Below are positions 1 to 11,642 of a stretch of DNA of 35,215 bases, one piece after another. A program made the translations under genes and the position numbers. Under the pieces are notes generated by a model. That model searched no databases. It saw only the letters and a list, made by a program, of their open reading frames with translations, and had not been told where the DNA came from. The stretch lies in assembly GCA_009602725.1 (NCBI GenBank), contig WELB01000008.1, positions 748,193 through 783,407 of the forward strand. Reading direction: 5' to 3'. The stretch is from Spirogloea muscicola. Taxonomy: Eukaryota. Numbering within the stretch: position 1 is the stretch's first letter; each line of letters begins with the position of its first letter.

Positions 1-3000
1 TCGAGCTCCACGCCGCCGCGCGCCCAGGCGCCGGAGCTCGCCGCGGCTGCGGCAGGGCGCGCGACGGGCGCCGCGGAAGGGGCTGCCGGGCGGTCGCCAC
101 CGTCGACGCCCCACCTGCGGCCTCGGCAGCGTCGGCAGCCGAGGAGCGCGCCGGGGGAGCCGTCGCTCTGCCTGAGGACGTCGATGGCGACCGCGATCGA
201 TTCGGTCGTCAATTCTTCCCGCTGGCTGCCGTCGTCGGCCAGGTGAGGTGCTCACGGATGGTTGCATTCTGGGCTCAGCTGCGGCCCAGCACTGACCATT
301 TTCAGCTGGCTATAATGGCATTGTGCATCCAAATTGGTCGTTCGCTTGAAGTGAAGCTTCTGCTCATAAGGCCTGCAGGAGGCGATAAAGTCGGCGCTGC
401 TACTGGGCGCCGTGGACATGAGCTGCGGTGGCCTTGCAATCGCCGGCAAGCGCGGCACTGCCAAGACAGTCATGGCGCGGGGCCTTCACTCGATCCTCCC
501 ACCCATTGAGGTCGTGGCCGGCAGTTTCGCCAACGCCGACCCGACACGCCCAGACGAGTGAGGCGCAAGCTCCGATGCAGCAGGCTCACTCTGTCTGACA
601 TGCCATGCGAGATGCTTACACGATTCTCCCTCCAGCTGCTTGCACTTTGAAAGCTCACACGCCATCCGGGTCTCAATGCTGCTGCTGGTGGCCCGTTGTG
701 ACTCGCCTTAGTGGACCTTTCTGCCGTCTTCTGACTGAGTGCTACTCAGCTACTAGGGTTTTAGGAAGTCTTGCTGCTTAACAGCCAGGGGGGGTGGTGC
801 AGGGAAATCTAGGCATGAAGCGGTTGCCCTGGCTACCAGGCACGCTGTCTGAGGTAAAGTAGCTCACGAGGTGCTTGCAGGTGGGAGTCAGGGTTGTCGG
901 AGAAGCTGCAGTACAATGCAGATGGCAGCGTCAAGACGGAGGTCGTGCGGGCGCCCTTCGTTCAGGTCCCCTCCAGCTACCTGGTCCTGAGGCATCCACA
1001 AGAGTTGCAGCATTGGCACACGTGAACGTAGCATGTACACACAAAAGGCCTCATGTGTGAACTGCCAACTTACATATGCCCTTGCCTGCATCAATTTCTC
1101 CATGCAGATTCCCCTTGGTATCACAGAGGACCGCCTGATCGGCTCCGTGGATGTAGAGGAGTCCGTGCGGACTGGACAGACGGTGTTTCAGCCTGGCCTG
1201 CTGGCCGAGGCGCACCGTGGCGTCCTCTACGTGGATGAGATCAACCTTCTGGATGACGGGGTTGTCAATCTGCTCCTGGGCATCTTGACGGACGGCGTCA
1301 ACGTGGTAGAGCGCGAGGGTGTGAGCTGCAAGCACCCGTGCAAGCCGCTGCTCATAGCAACATTCAACCCTGAGGAGGGCAACGTGCGCGAGCACCTCAT
1401 TGATCGCATTGCCATCAACCTTAAGTGAGGCGGCTTCTCACTGGGAGACAGATGTTGCAATTGAAGTTGATGTTTCGGCAGCTTAAGGTTTTTGCCAAAG
1501 CGGTTAGGATGGCCTTAATCACAGGGACAACTCTGAGGGCTGCCATTGAGACATGAATGTAGGTAGCCAATTGGGCAGGCCTCTTTGAACCTGGAGTAGC
1601 ATTGCATGATGAAGGGCACAGGTGGCTCCAACCCTGAACGCTGACATCTGAGCCCTTCTTGCGCACGGGCTGTCAGTGCGGACGTGGTCCAGGATTTCGA
1701 CGACAGGGTGGCTGCAGTGGAGGTGGCCATGCAGTTCCAAAACACTGCCTCGGGGCTGATCAAGGAAACGCAAGAAGCTACGGAGGCTGCACGAACTCAG
1801 GTCTGCGGGGGTCCTAAACCTTAGGTTCTAGACCCTACCGAAGATCGGGCGGATGTTTTCTTCTGCAGCAATGAGTTTGCAGTGCAGCATGGACCTGCTC
1901 AATCAGTGCAGCTTGCGGCTCGGCGCTCCCCAAAGCCTTGGGCCTGCATGTACGTGTTAGCGCTTGCAACTGGCTTGCCTGCCATTGTGAGGGGTCGTAA
2001 GGTCACCAGTTATTGATGGCGCAGGTCATTCTTGCCAGGGAGTGGCTGAAGGATGTCACGATGTCCCAGGAGCAGGTCAAGTACCTGGTGACTGAAGCCA
2101 TCCGGGGGGTTTGCATGGTACTCACCGCCTCTTGTGGTTCCAATGAAGCCGCTGAACATGCACTTCTGACATCACACAGCACCTTAGGTATTCAGTGGGC
2201 CTCCGCCTGGAATTGCAGGGCCATCGAGCTGAGCTCTTTGCTATGAGAGTGGCGAAGGCTTCTGCGGCATTGGAGGGGCGGGAACGAGTCAACGCGGAGG
2301 ATCTGCGGAAGGCGGTGAGCTGAGCTCCTCACTTGAAGCACACAGCCATCAAACTGACAGGGAGTGCAATCAGGGTGTGCCTCAAGTAGCCTGCAACTTA
2401 GCCAGCTGTGCCTCACCACTTTTATGTGCTGCATGTCACAAAGGGCTGGGCGTGTTCTGTGATACTTGTTCCCGCTCGTTGATGAAAGTGGTCAAAGTAA
2501 GGAGACACCAGTTGAGGATGGCATACATTGCTGTCTTACACAGCCCTTTCTTGCTTTATTTGCACATTTCCAGGTTGAGCTTGTGATCATACCGCGGGCC
2601 ACTGTGATTGAGATGCCAAATGAGGAGCAACAGCAGCAGCAGCAGCCCCCTCCTCCGCCACCCCCGCAGAACAAGGACCAGGATGAGGAGAAGGACGAGG
2701 AGGAGGTGACAATTTTCTATTGCTGTCGTCCTGACCTTCACAGTAATATTATTTCAAGGTCTGTCTGTTGTGGGGTCTCTGTCTGAAGGTTACAATTATA
2801 GAGGCTAGCCTCTGGTTTCGCATGTTGCATCTTCCTACTGCACATACTCAAGAACAGAATGCTGATGGGCTTGCTCTGGTTTCGAGCGAGAGGACAGGAG
2901 GAGGAGGATGAGGATAAGGAGGACCAGGAGGAGCAGGCAAACCAGGTTCCAGAGGAGTTCGTCTTTGGGGCAGAGGGTGGCATGGTGGACCCCCAGCTCC

Positions 3001-5764
3001 TGATCTTTGCCCAGATGGCGCAGCGCAGGAAAGGCAAGGCTGGCCGGGCGAAGAATGTCATCTTCTCAGAAGACCGCGGGCGCTACATAAAGCCAATGCT
3101 CCCCAAGGTGCCATCATATTGCTCGCTTAATTTAGGAGCATCTCCAGTGCATATTAAGACACAATTAATCCTCCCGGCGCTGCAGTACCTGCTTCGTTTG
3201 TCCTGTGGCGGACCCTCTTCATCTCAGTCCAAGCCTCCGAGCCACACCAATCGTAGATGACACGGCTGAAACATCCTCAGCAGCGTCCTTGGAGTAGCAG
3301 CCTCACATTGAAAAGGGCAGCGCAGGACTTGATCGCTGGTGTGCTCGTTTCGTGCTGGGTGATGCTAGGGTCCTGTGAGGAGGTTAGCTGTGGACGCCAC
3401 TTTGAGGGCAGCTGCACCGTACCAAAAGCTAAGAAGACAAAGAGGGGAGGCGAATGGAAGCTCCAGGAAGGTGTATGTGGAGCAGATTGACATGCGAGCC
3501 AAGCGTATGGCAAGGAAAGCCGGTGCATTGGTCAGTTTCGCACCACAAGCCCATACAAGTGCTGGGCTTCATATTGTCACTGTGGATGATGCTAATCGTT
3601 CAGACCATTTTTGCAAGAGTGCAAGGCTTCTGCAGAAAAGCTGACGATGCTATAACTATGTTCCAACTGTACAGGTTGTTAAGATGCCTCGTTCTGTATT
3701 TTGTGGCAGGTCATCTTTGTCGTAGACGCGAGCGGGAGTATGGCGTTAAATCGAATGAACAATGCTAAGGGGGCAGCAATGCAGTTGCTAGCAGAATCTT
3801 ATACGAGCCGAGATCAAGTGAGACCATACGAGTGTCACCACTGCAATCTGCTCTCTAGTATAACATCTTCATGATGTTTTGGTCAAAGTAGGATGCACCT
3901 CAGGAGCTTGATTCATAAATGCATGGATGTGGCTGGTAAGTGCGCTCCTGCAAGCCGCAATAACTCTGCAGGACTCTACAACACTGACTTGCCGAAGGTG
4001 CCTCCTTGGTCAGGTATCCATTATACCTTTTAGGGGCGACGCAGCGGAGGTGCTTCTACCACCCTCTCGGTCCATTGCAATGGCAAGGAAGCGATTGGAT
4101 AGGTTACCGTGTGGCGGTGGATCTCCATTAGCCCATGGCTTGACAACCGTGAGCACTTCTGGCCACCAGCTAAAGTGACAATCCGTGCTTCAAGACAGTT
4201 CATTATATGTTTGCCTGTGAAACATGCGGAGGATGTCTTCAAATATGGATTGTTCTTATCACAACCAGCAACCTGTCACAAGAAGCCTGCGGCATTACAA
4301 GATCACACGTTGCAACAGTATTTGCTGCATCTAGAAAGTTGAGGCAAAATCTTCAAAGAAATACGACGTGGTATTCCACCCAACAAACGAGGCACATTCC
4401 TACTCAACAGACATACAGCTAGCCATTGAATATTTGTCAAAGAGCAACATGACCGGTTGTTGGTGTTGTGGACGAGAGATCCTGCACGGCACTCATGGCG
4501 GATGTTATAAAAGTTGCTGTATCTCAGGGTATGGATGTAGAATATGAGAGCCCTCTTAAAAGCTACTCGCTGTTCACTACGCCCTCATATACTACATCCA
4601 TACCCTGAGAAACAGCAACTTTAATGTCATCCGCCGTGAGTACCTTGCAAGATCGCTCGTCCACAACACCAACAACCTTGCCGGTCACGTTGCTTTTCAA
4701 GATCCAATGGCTAGCTGTATGTCTGTTGAGTAGGAATATGCCTCATTTGTTGGGTGGAATACCCACGTTGTATTTCTGTGCAGGATTTGCTTGGTTGAGA
4801 TGGTGCACCTTCTACACCATATGATATTGCTCTACCATGCGGCGGATTGCTGTCTCTCTGTCAATCTGATGAAATAGATGTCAGAAGCTTACCCCTGACT
4901 CTGGGCATACGGGTTGTGGTTCACACACCAGTCTGTCTTTTGTGTCCTGTGTATATGTGGTATTAAGCCTCTTTACTTTCTTAAGCAGCAGTACTTGCGA
5001 TGCACGAGCAGGCTGTACGAGTTGGCCTCAACGCAGAAAAGAGCGGTGATGTGGGGCGCATTATGATCGTGGCGATCACAGATGGAAGGGCTAATGTATC
5101 ACTGAAGAAGTCTGTGGGTGATCCTGACGCCAATGCGCCAGATGCTCCCAAGCCTACGCAGGCACAGCTAAAGGTCAGTGCCCTTTGTCACACTCCATAG
5201 AAAGGGGCATTGCACTGCCCTTAAACATGCATATTGCATAACTGTTATAATGTGTAGTTGATTTACCTCCTAGGCAAGCGATGCTTCTTTATTCCAGATT
5301 ATTTTGAGTGCAGGAGCTTTGGCACTATGCAAGTTGTAATGAAGCTTAAGAATATGGATAGCACTGTTGGTCAGAAGTTGCTTGACATAACATTATCGTA
5401 CAGGAGGAGATTCTTGACGTTGCTGCGAAGATATTGAAGTCAGGGATGTCTTTGTTAGTCATTGACACAGAGAACAAGTTCATATCCACTGGCTTTGCCA
5501 AGGAAATAGCACGAGTGGCAAATGGTAACTTTCCGGACTTCATGATGTGATTTCAGCGAGATGCTGGCTAGATGACATTTACTGTGCTTGTTTGTGATGC
5601 TCGCCGGAGTGATGAGTGGCTGTATCTTCAGTACTGTCCTGTTTAAGGAAGTTGACATTTTCATGGTTTGTACCTCAGGAAAGTATTATTACCTCCCAAA
5701 TGCGTCAGATGCTGTGGTATCTGCCGCTACTAAGGAGGCGCTCACAGACTTCAAGAGCCGGTAG
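1..5764 (+). CDS. CHLD: Magnesium chelatase subunit D, chloroplast-targeted; 15 exons in window, start codon upstream of window
   Basis: Exons <1-242, 379-557, 881-965, 1108-1424, 1677-1800, 2025-2117, 2219-2314, 2574-2705, 2898-3107, 3369-3530, 3710-3817, 4014-4148, 5012-5173, 5404-5524, 5679-5764 (TAG), all GT-AG and in frame. Motifs: [30 protein letters not shown] (AAA+), Gln/Pro/acidic linker, VWA domain DASGS...[10 protein letters not shown]...ITDGRANV. Ala/Arg-rich transit-peptide-like N-terminus. Confidence 0.97.
4342..4792. repeat. Long imperfect inverted repeat (foldback) with ~210-bp arms and ~30-bp spacer, inside CHLD intron 4149-5011
   Basis: 4358-4551 aligns to the reverse complement of 4581-4776, e.g. 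ATTCCTACTCAACAGACATACAGCTAGCCATTG vs CAATGGCTAGCTGTATGTCTGTTGAGTAGGAAT, and CTCAGGGTATGGATGTAG vs CTACATCCATACCCTGAG. Confidence 0.95.
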
Positions 5765-7870
5765 CGATGGGTCAGAGCACTCTACAACCAAGATTCTCTT
5801 ATACCAAGGCTAGAGGCCTCCAATTTGAGACCTTGGCTGTGTCATGATTATGTGGAAGTAGTGCACCATAGGAGAAGGTGATTGTCCCTTCGAAACTGTG
5901 TTACGCACTTCAAGTATCGCACTTACCGGCAACCTTAACTTGCTAGCATCCACTTTGAAGAATTCGCTGCTTGGAATACCAGATTATGGCAGTGACACCA
6001 CACCGGCTCACATAGCATCTGGGCTGAATTTGGACAGCATCTACTCAATAAGACGTTGCCTGCCAAGTAGCAGACATGAGCAGCCGGGTTGTCAGTGGTG
6101 CAGAAAATGGTGCATACGTCAAGTGTGCACCCTTCCTCTGCATCTGTCTCCAGCCTGCCGCAGGCTTCTTGAGATACTGGGTATGCCGTTTCTCCTCAGC
6201 ATCAGCATGAAGACAAAGGTAATGAGAAGTTGCCATTTCCTACCCGTGTTTCAGATTTGTAAGAAGACAGTGTCTTTGAGGATTGCTTACATTCTGATCA
6301 ACATTGTAGATTGTGTGCTGGTTCATGGACTGGGTAGATTCACCCAACATCGACATCCTCCTCTCTCTTCTCTTCTACCTTTGATCTGCTTACTTCTACT
6401 GTTGCAACTTGTCAACTACACTCCTGAGATGCACTTTCGAAAGTTGCAGAGATTGAGCAAGTAATCATCTGTTAAAGTGCTAGAGCAATGCAGTACCCAG
6501 GTAATGCTTCATGTTAGTAAAAGAAGGGCAAAGAAGGCCTCAAATGTGTAGGTGTCAGGACGTGTCAACTCAGATATGCCATTGTGCACACTATTGGTTG
6601 CTTGTCAAAGCAATCTAGTAAAGGCAAATCCTCACATAGAGAGCGCTATGAGGCTCCAGTATTAGAGGAGTGGCTGTGGGTGGCCAGCTCAGCAAGAGTG
6701 AAAATGTTGTAAAATTAGGAGAGGCGCCAGCCGCACTTCATCTACAAGTTATGTTGAAGTGCTACCGCTGCAAGGGCAGCCAAATGCTTGAAGAAAGGAT
6801 ACACCAGCCAAGGCCTGCAAAGATGGGAGGCGACACTGACGCTAGTAGGTTTACCAGGTCGAGTGCCGGCCCGTCAACACCCTCCTCAGCAGGGGGGACT
6901 CAATATTTTTCTTGGGAGTGAGGGGAAGCAAGGAGGCAAGATTGCGTGAACTACTGGCCACCATGTCCAACTGCGTAGGTGACGAGGATTTGAGTTGCTC
7001 GCTGTTGTGCCCCTTTCAAACCCGCAAGATAGCAGATCAAAATCTGTTAAAGCGAGGTGCAGAGCCCAAATGTTGGACCCCTCACAATATACCAGCAATT
7101 GATGCAGGCAGAAGCTGGGGCGTTCTGCAGTACATGAAGACGGGGCGACACCCGATCAAGGCCTGCAGTCCTAGAGAGAGGAAGGCCTACCTAGCAAAAG
7201 CTCCTCTGATGAAGGACTTGAATCCCAAGTCAACAGCTGAGATCGCTGTCACACTAGCGAACAGGTTATATCGCATTCTTTCTGGGGACAACAACCGCCG
7301 TTTCATATGGTGTAATAATGCAAGGAAGAGTACTGTCTGAATGCTGCTTGCAGCTTCTACGGGCATCACAGGAGCACGTCAAGTCCACGATGTGCAGCGA
7401 GCGCAGCGAGGTCAGCGCAGTGCATGACGCAAGGGAAGCATAGGAAATCAAAGGGAAGCTTCAGATAGTGACTGCCAACATCTGAGAAACGCAGACCCTG
7501 ACGTCCTACTACTTAGCAAAACTTTGTTGACCCGTTACAGTACTGCTCAGCTTGCATCTTGCAGAGCCTCACACGAGCAAAAGTAGCACGGGGGGGAGGG
7601 GGGGGCGGCCGCTGACACTCTGTGCACAATGTGCACTTCTCGAAACCAATCACAGCAGGCTGAGGCACTGGACCGAGCCCACCCAATGATTGCAGCATCT
7701 CATCTTCCCAGGCAAACAAAGAGTACAAGCTGCCTCTCCTCCTAATTCTGTGGTGGTCCGTATATGGACGACCTGTGCCACTACTAATCCAAAGCCTGAA
7801 GGCTAGCCTTCGTGTATCAGCAGTCTAGAGATTGGCACAGCCATGGCAACTGTGCATGGCAGCCTTTCTT

Positions 7871-8402
7871 TCATCTGTCAGTCACGTCCTCCTTTGTCGT
7901 GCTGATGTAGAGCACTGCGATAAGCAGCAGACACCGAAAGGCTCTCTCAAGCTTTGGCCACGTGAGTTGTGTTGTCAGGAAGCAAGGAATGCTCAAGACC
8001 ACAGAGCTGAGCATGCAGCTAGTGGCAAGCTACCGAAGGCTAGGGGCCTGACCGTTGTTGCCGCGGATGAAGGCGTCGCCGTACTTGTTCTTCAGCTGCC
8101 CGTTGACGTACTCCTCCGTCTGCTCCATGGCAATGTTCATGTACCCGTCCAAGCACGCCAGGATGCCTGCAAGCCCACGTCCGCTGTCCCCCCGGTGAGC
8201 AAGCGCATCCAGTGAGAGCTCCAGGGACGTGGTCGATGCGCCGTCGTTGCCCGAGGCAAGGCGGTGCCGAGCCAAGGAGCTCCAAGGTGGAGCTGCGGCC
8301 GAGTGGGCGCGGACCTCGGTAGTCGACGCCCGAGTTGAGCTTTACGACCACGGGCCGCCCGCGGATGGACTTGAGGAAGTCCGCCGGCGTCTTGGCGGAC
8401 AT
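7871..8402 (-). CDS. LSM6: Sm-like protein LSm6; 3 exons
   Basis: Exons 8402-8315, 8166-8053, 7914-7871 give MSAKTPADFLKSIRGRPVVVKLNSGVDYRGILACLDGYMNIAMEQTEEYVNGQLKNKYGDAFIRGNNVLYISTTKEDVTDR*, with GT-AG introns. Confidence 0.97.
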
Positions 8403-8684
8403 GGCTCATGCGCCGGCCCGGCAGCGGCGGCGGCTCGATAGCCCCCACCGCCGTGGCGGCACAGACTCCGCCGCCGCCGCCGCCGGCTGCTGGTCCGCGA
8501 TCCCCGGCGGCGAGGGCCTGCGGCNNNNNNNNNNNNNNNNNNNNNNNNNNNNNNNNNNNNNNNNNNNNNNNNNNNNNNNNNNNNNNNNNNNNNNNNNNNN
8601 NNNNNNNNNNNNNNNNNNNNNNNNNNNNNNNNNNNNNNNNNNNNNNNNNNNNNNNNNNNNNNNNNNNNNNNNNNNNNNNNNNNN

Positions 8685-8910
8685 CGCCGCGACCCCGTGG
8701 CCGTGCTGCGCTGCGGCGCGCAGACCTGGACGGCAAAGCTCGGCAGCGGTGCGCACCACGGCCGCCGCCGCCGCCGCCGCCGCCGTCGCCGTCGCCGCAG
8801 TAACTGACGCCATGGTGCCCTGCTCCGGCTCCTGCAGGGCAGAGCTTCGCGTTCGCCTTGGAGGGCGACGGCGCGCCGCCCCAAGTCACCATCACCATCT
8901 ACGACGGGCT

Positions 8911-8941
<31 letters not shown>

Positions 8942-10945
8942 GACGGCGGCGGCCAGGAGGGCGTCCTCGGCACCGCCGCGTGAGCCCCTGCTGCGCCGCT
9001 CGCCTCTCCTCGGCAGTCGCCGGCCTCGATCAGCCCGCGGCCATCGGCCCCACCTAGCCGGTGGGTACGCTGAGCACAGCCATGGCGGCCTTCCGCAGCG
9101 TGCCGGTGGCCAAAGCCTGCGCCGTTGGCTCGGACGAGGTCGTGTGCCCGCTCGTCGAGCCGTCGGGCCGCGTCGTCGCCAGCCTGCAGCTGTCGCTCAG
9201 GGTGCTCGCCTCCGAGGTGGGTTCCCCCACTCCATGCACATGCATGCGCAGACGTTGGAACTGGCACCAGTCTGCTTTGCACCAACACATGACTGGTTAC
9301 GCACACTGTCTCGGAAGCATATCAGTAACCTGGTAAGAAAAGAATATACGGAGCAACATCCATAGTACCAAAAGTACAATTAAACCCGGCATCTCGGAAT
9401 ATGTTGGGCATTGGCTTGCACCTGCCCCTTGCCATGCCCTTGCTCAGGGATGACCCCTGCTAGTAATACTGTTTTTATATGGCAGTTGGTGAGCCTGTTG
9501 CAGTGGTCCGGAGGTGGCTGAGCTCCAGCTTGCGCTTGCTTCTGTGCTGCAGCATCAGCCGCGGCCGAAGGAGGTGCCGCCAGAAAGCGCTGCAGGCCTG
9601 CCAGGAGCCGAGATCCGGGGCCTCAGTGAGCCATCCGCTCCGCCGCTTGCTTCAGCAGCAGGAGCTTACCCCCATCTCAGCGGTGTGAACCCATCAGCTC
9701 CAACAGAGCTGGACCCTCAGGCTCCGCCGGCCGGCGCAAGCCCCTACCCTCCACTGAGCGCTGGCACTGGGGAGGCCTCGCTAGCTCCCAATGAGCCTGT
9801 GACGGCGTACCCAGCCCCACCGGCAGGTGCGAGCCCCTCCCTCGCCCCGGGCGCAGGCCACTCAGGCGACTGTGGTGCCACAACAGTCAATCATGTTGCG
9901 CTTCACCTTCTCTTGCTTGCTGCTTTTGGTCGACACCGCTTGCAGCTGTTTGCCGAGTCACTAGAGTGCTTGCCAGCAAGTGTTCTGCAGCTTACAAATT
10001 GCTCTGCATGGAGCTCGATGCTTTGTGCAGGCGCAACTGAGCCTCTGAGCGGGGTGGAAAAGGGCCACCACCACCACTCGTTTGCCCAGTTGAGCCCGTT
10101 TCCGCTGCCTCAATGTGAGTTGACAACTGCCCAAGTTCGACCAAGCATTGCCGAAGCAGATGGACGTGGCATATGTCAACTTGTGGAACATTGGAGGTTC
10201 AAGTAGTCATCTAGCTGCCGGCATCATTGTGGTGAATGATAGTGATTGATGGATGGCGATCATAAATTCGTTGTAAAAGAACAAAACACCGATGTTTTGT
10301 TCTTTTCTTACTGTCTGGGCCATTGTCATCATCATCGTCCTTTCCACTCAATTTGCTGAAACAAATGCTGTACTCTGATGGAAAACGCCATGTGCAGCTT
10401 ATCCAGCCCCCTATCCAGCCTACCCGCCACAACCATATCAGTCAGCTCCTGCTTATGGATACGCTCCACCTCCACCACAGGGGCCATACGGGGGCTACCC
10501 GCCTGGTTAGGCTTGCTTCAAGCTTTTGATGGAAGTGAAGCACTTCCATAATGTCCATCGCTTGGTACGGTTGATATCGGTGTTAGGCGTGGCCTCGCCA
10601 TCGTGCCCGCTGGTCTTCTTCACAGTCAAGCTGAACCCAAGGCAGTGTCTTGGCCATGCAGCACACTACCCGTATCCTGGAATATACCCAGGGCCAGGGC
10701 CATATTACCACGGTAGTCATGGGTACAACCACAAGCACAAGCACAAGAAGTACAAACACAAGCACCACCAGCACGGGGGTCACTATGGTCATCATGGTGG
10801 AGGCTATGGTGGAGGTTATGGTGGAGGCTATGGGTATCAATATGGCGGCCACCATGGCGGGCACCACGGCGGCATTGGCACGGGCGTCCTCCTGAGTGGT
10901 GCAGCAGGCCTTGCCACAGGACTCCTCTTGGACGACATCTTCTGA
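8685..10945 (+). CDS. SRC2-like protein: C2-like domain, Pro/Tyr-rich middle, His/Lys/Gly-rich tail with hydrophobic C-terminal segment; 5' end probably in the N gap
   Basis: Approximate exons 8838-8979 (QSFAFALEG..VTITIYD..VLGTA), 9099-9216 (VPVAKAC..PLVEPSGRVVASLQLSLRV), ~9553-9826 (PSAP, YPP), ~10031-10114, 10398-10506 (YPAPYPAYPPQPY), ~10663-10945 (HKHKHKKYKHKH..GIGTGVLLSGAAGLATGLLLDDIF*). The architecture matches plant SRC2-type proteins. Some exon boundaries are uncertain. Confidence 0.65.
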
Positions 10946-11642
10946 AACTGCCTCGCCATACGGAAGGCCACCTTAGCCAGAAATCAGTGGCACCTCGCCA
11001 CATGCTAGACCATACCCGGTGCTGTCAGCTGCTCTGCTTGAGAGCAAGGCTTGCTGCTGCGTCAGCAGAGAGACTTTCTGTATAGTGCATTGCTGCTGCT
11101 GGTGCCCCATAGGAGGGCATAGTGGTGGCCAGTCAGCCGCTTTTGGCTCATAACCTGCATATGACTTAGACTCGACATTTTTGCACAACCGAAGAGACCC
11201 TGCAGTTTTCTGCTTGAAAACTTTGTAGCCTTATTGTCTTTCATAGGACGGATTGTCTTGCCTAAAGGTCGTCCTCCTCCTCCGCCCACTCACTCCAAAA
11301 TCTACTGGGGCAGCTTCGCTTTCCTGTCACGAGTTACATCCAAGGCTAGTTGTGGTGGTTGCGGCAGGACCAGAGCACGCGATCAGAGCAAGTTGGTGTC
11401 CAGGACAGTCACTACAAATCAAGGTGCTTGACTTGCAGGAGCAAACGTTGGTGGTACACACATAGAGCATTGCTGGACAAGCAAGATGGGCATCCGGCTA
11501 GCACCTCAATCTCACGTGCACAAGTGTGATAACTCATCCACCTGCTGCTCCAGTGACAAAGCAGGAACAAGGGCTCACGGGCTTATTTGCAGTCACAACG
11601 TGGGCCTGGGCCGGGGCAATTAGCATCTGGCGGCTTAACAAG

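Noticed and set aside
5898..6464. 188-aa ORF after CHLD
   Set aside because: Non-ATG start, Leu/Cys/Ser-rich composition and no recognisable motif. Probably 3' UTR or intergenic DNA.
8910..8940. (GCC)n tracts as an independent repeat system
   Set aside because: Ordinary microsatellites in GC-rich UTRs, introns and poly-Ala codons, already covered under the GC-domain finding.
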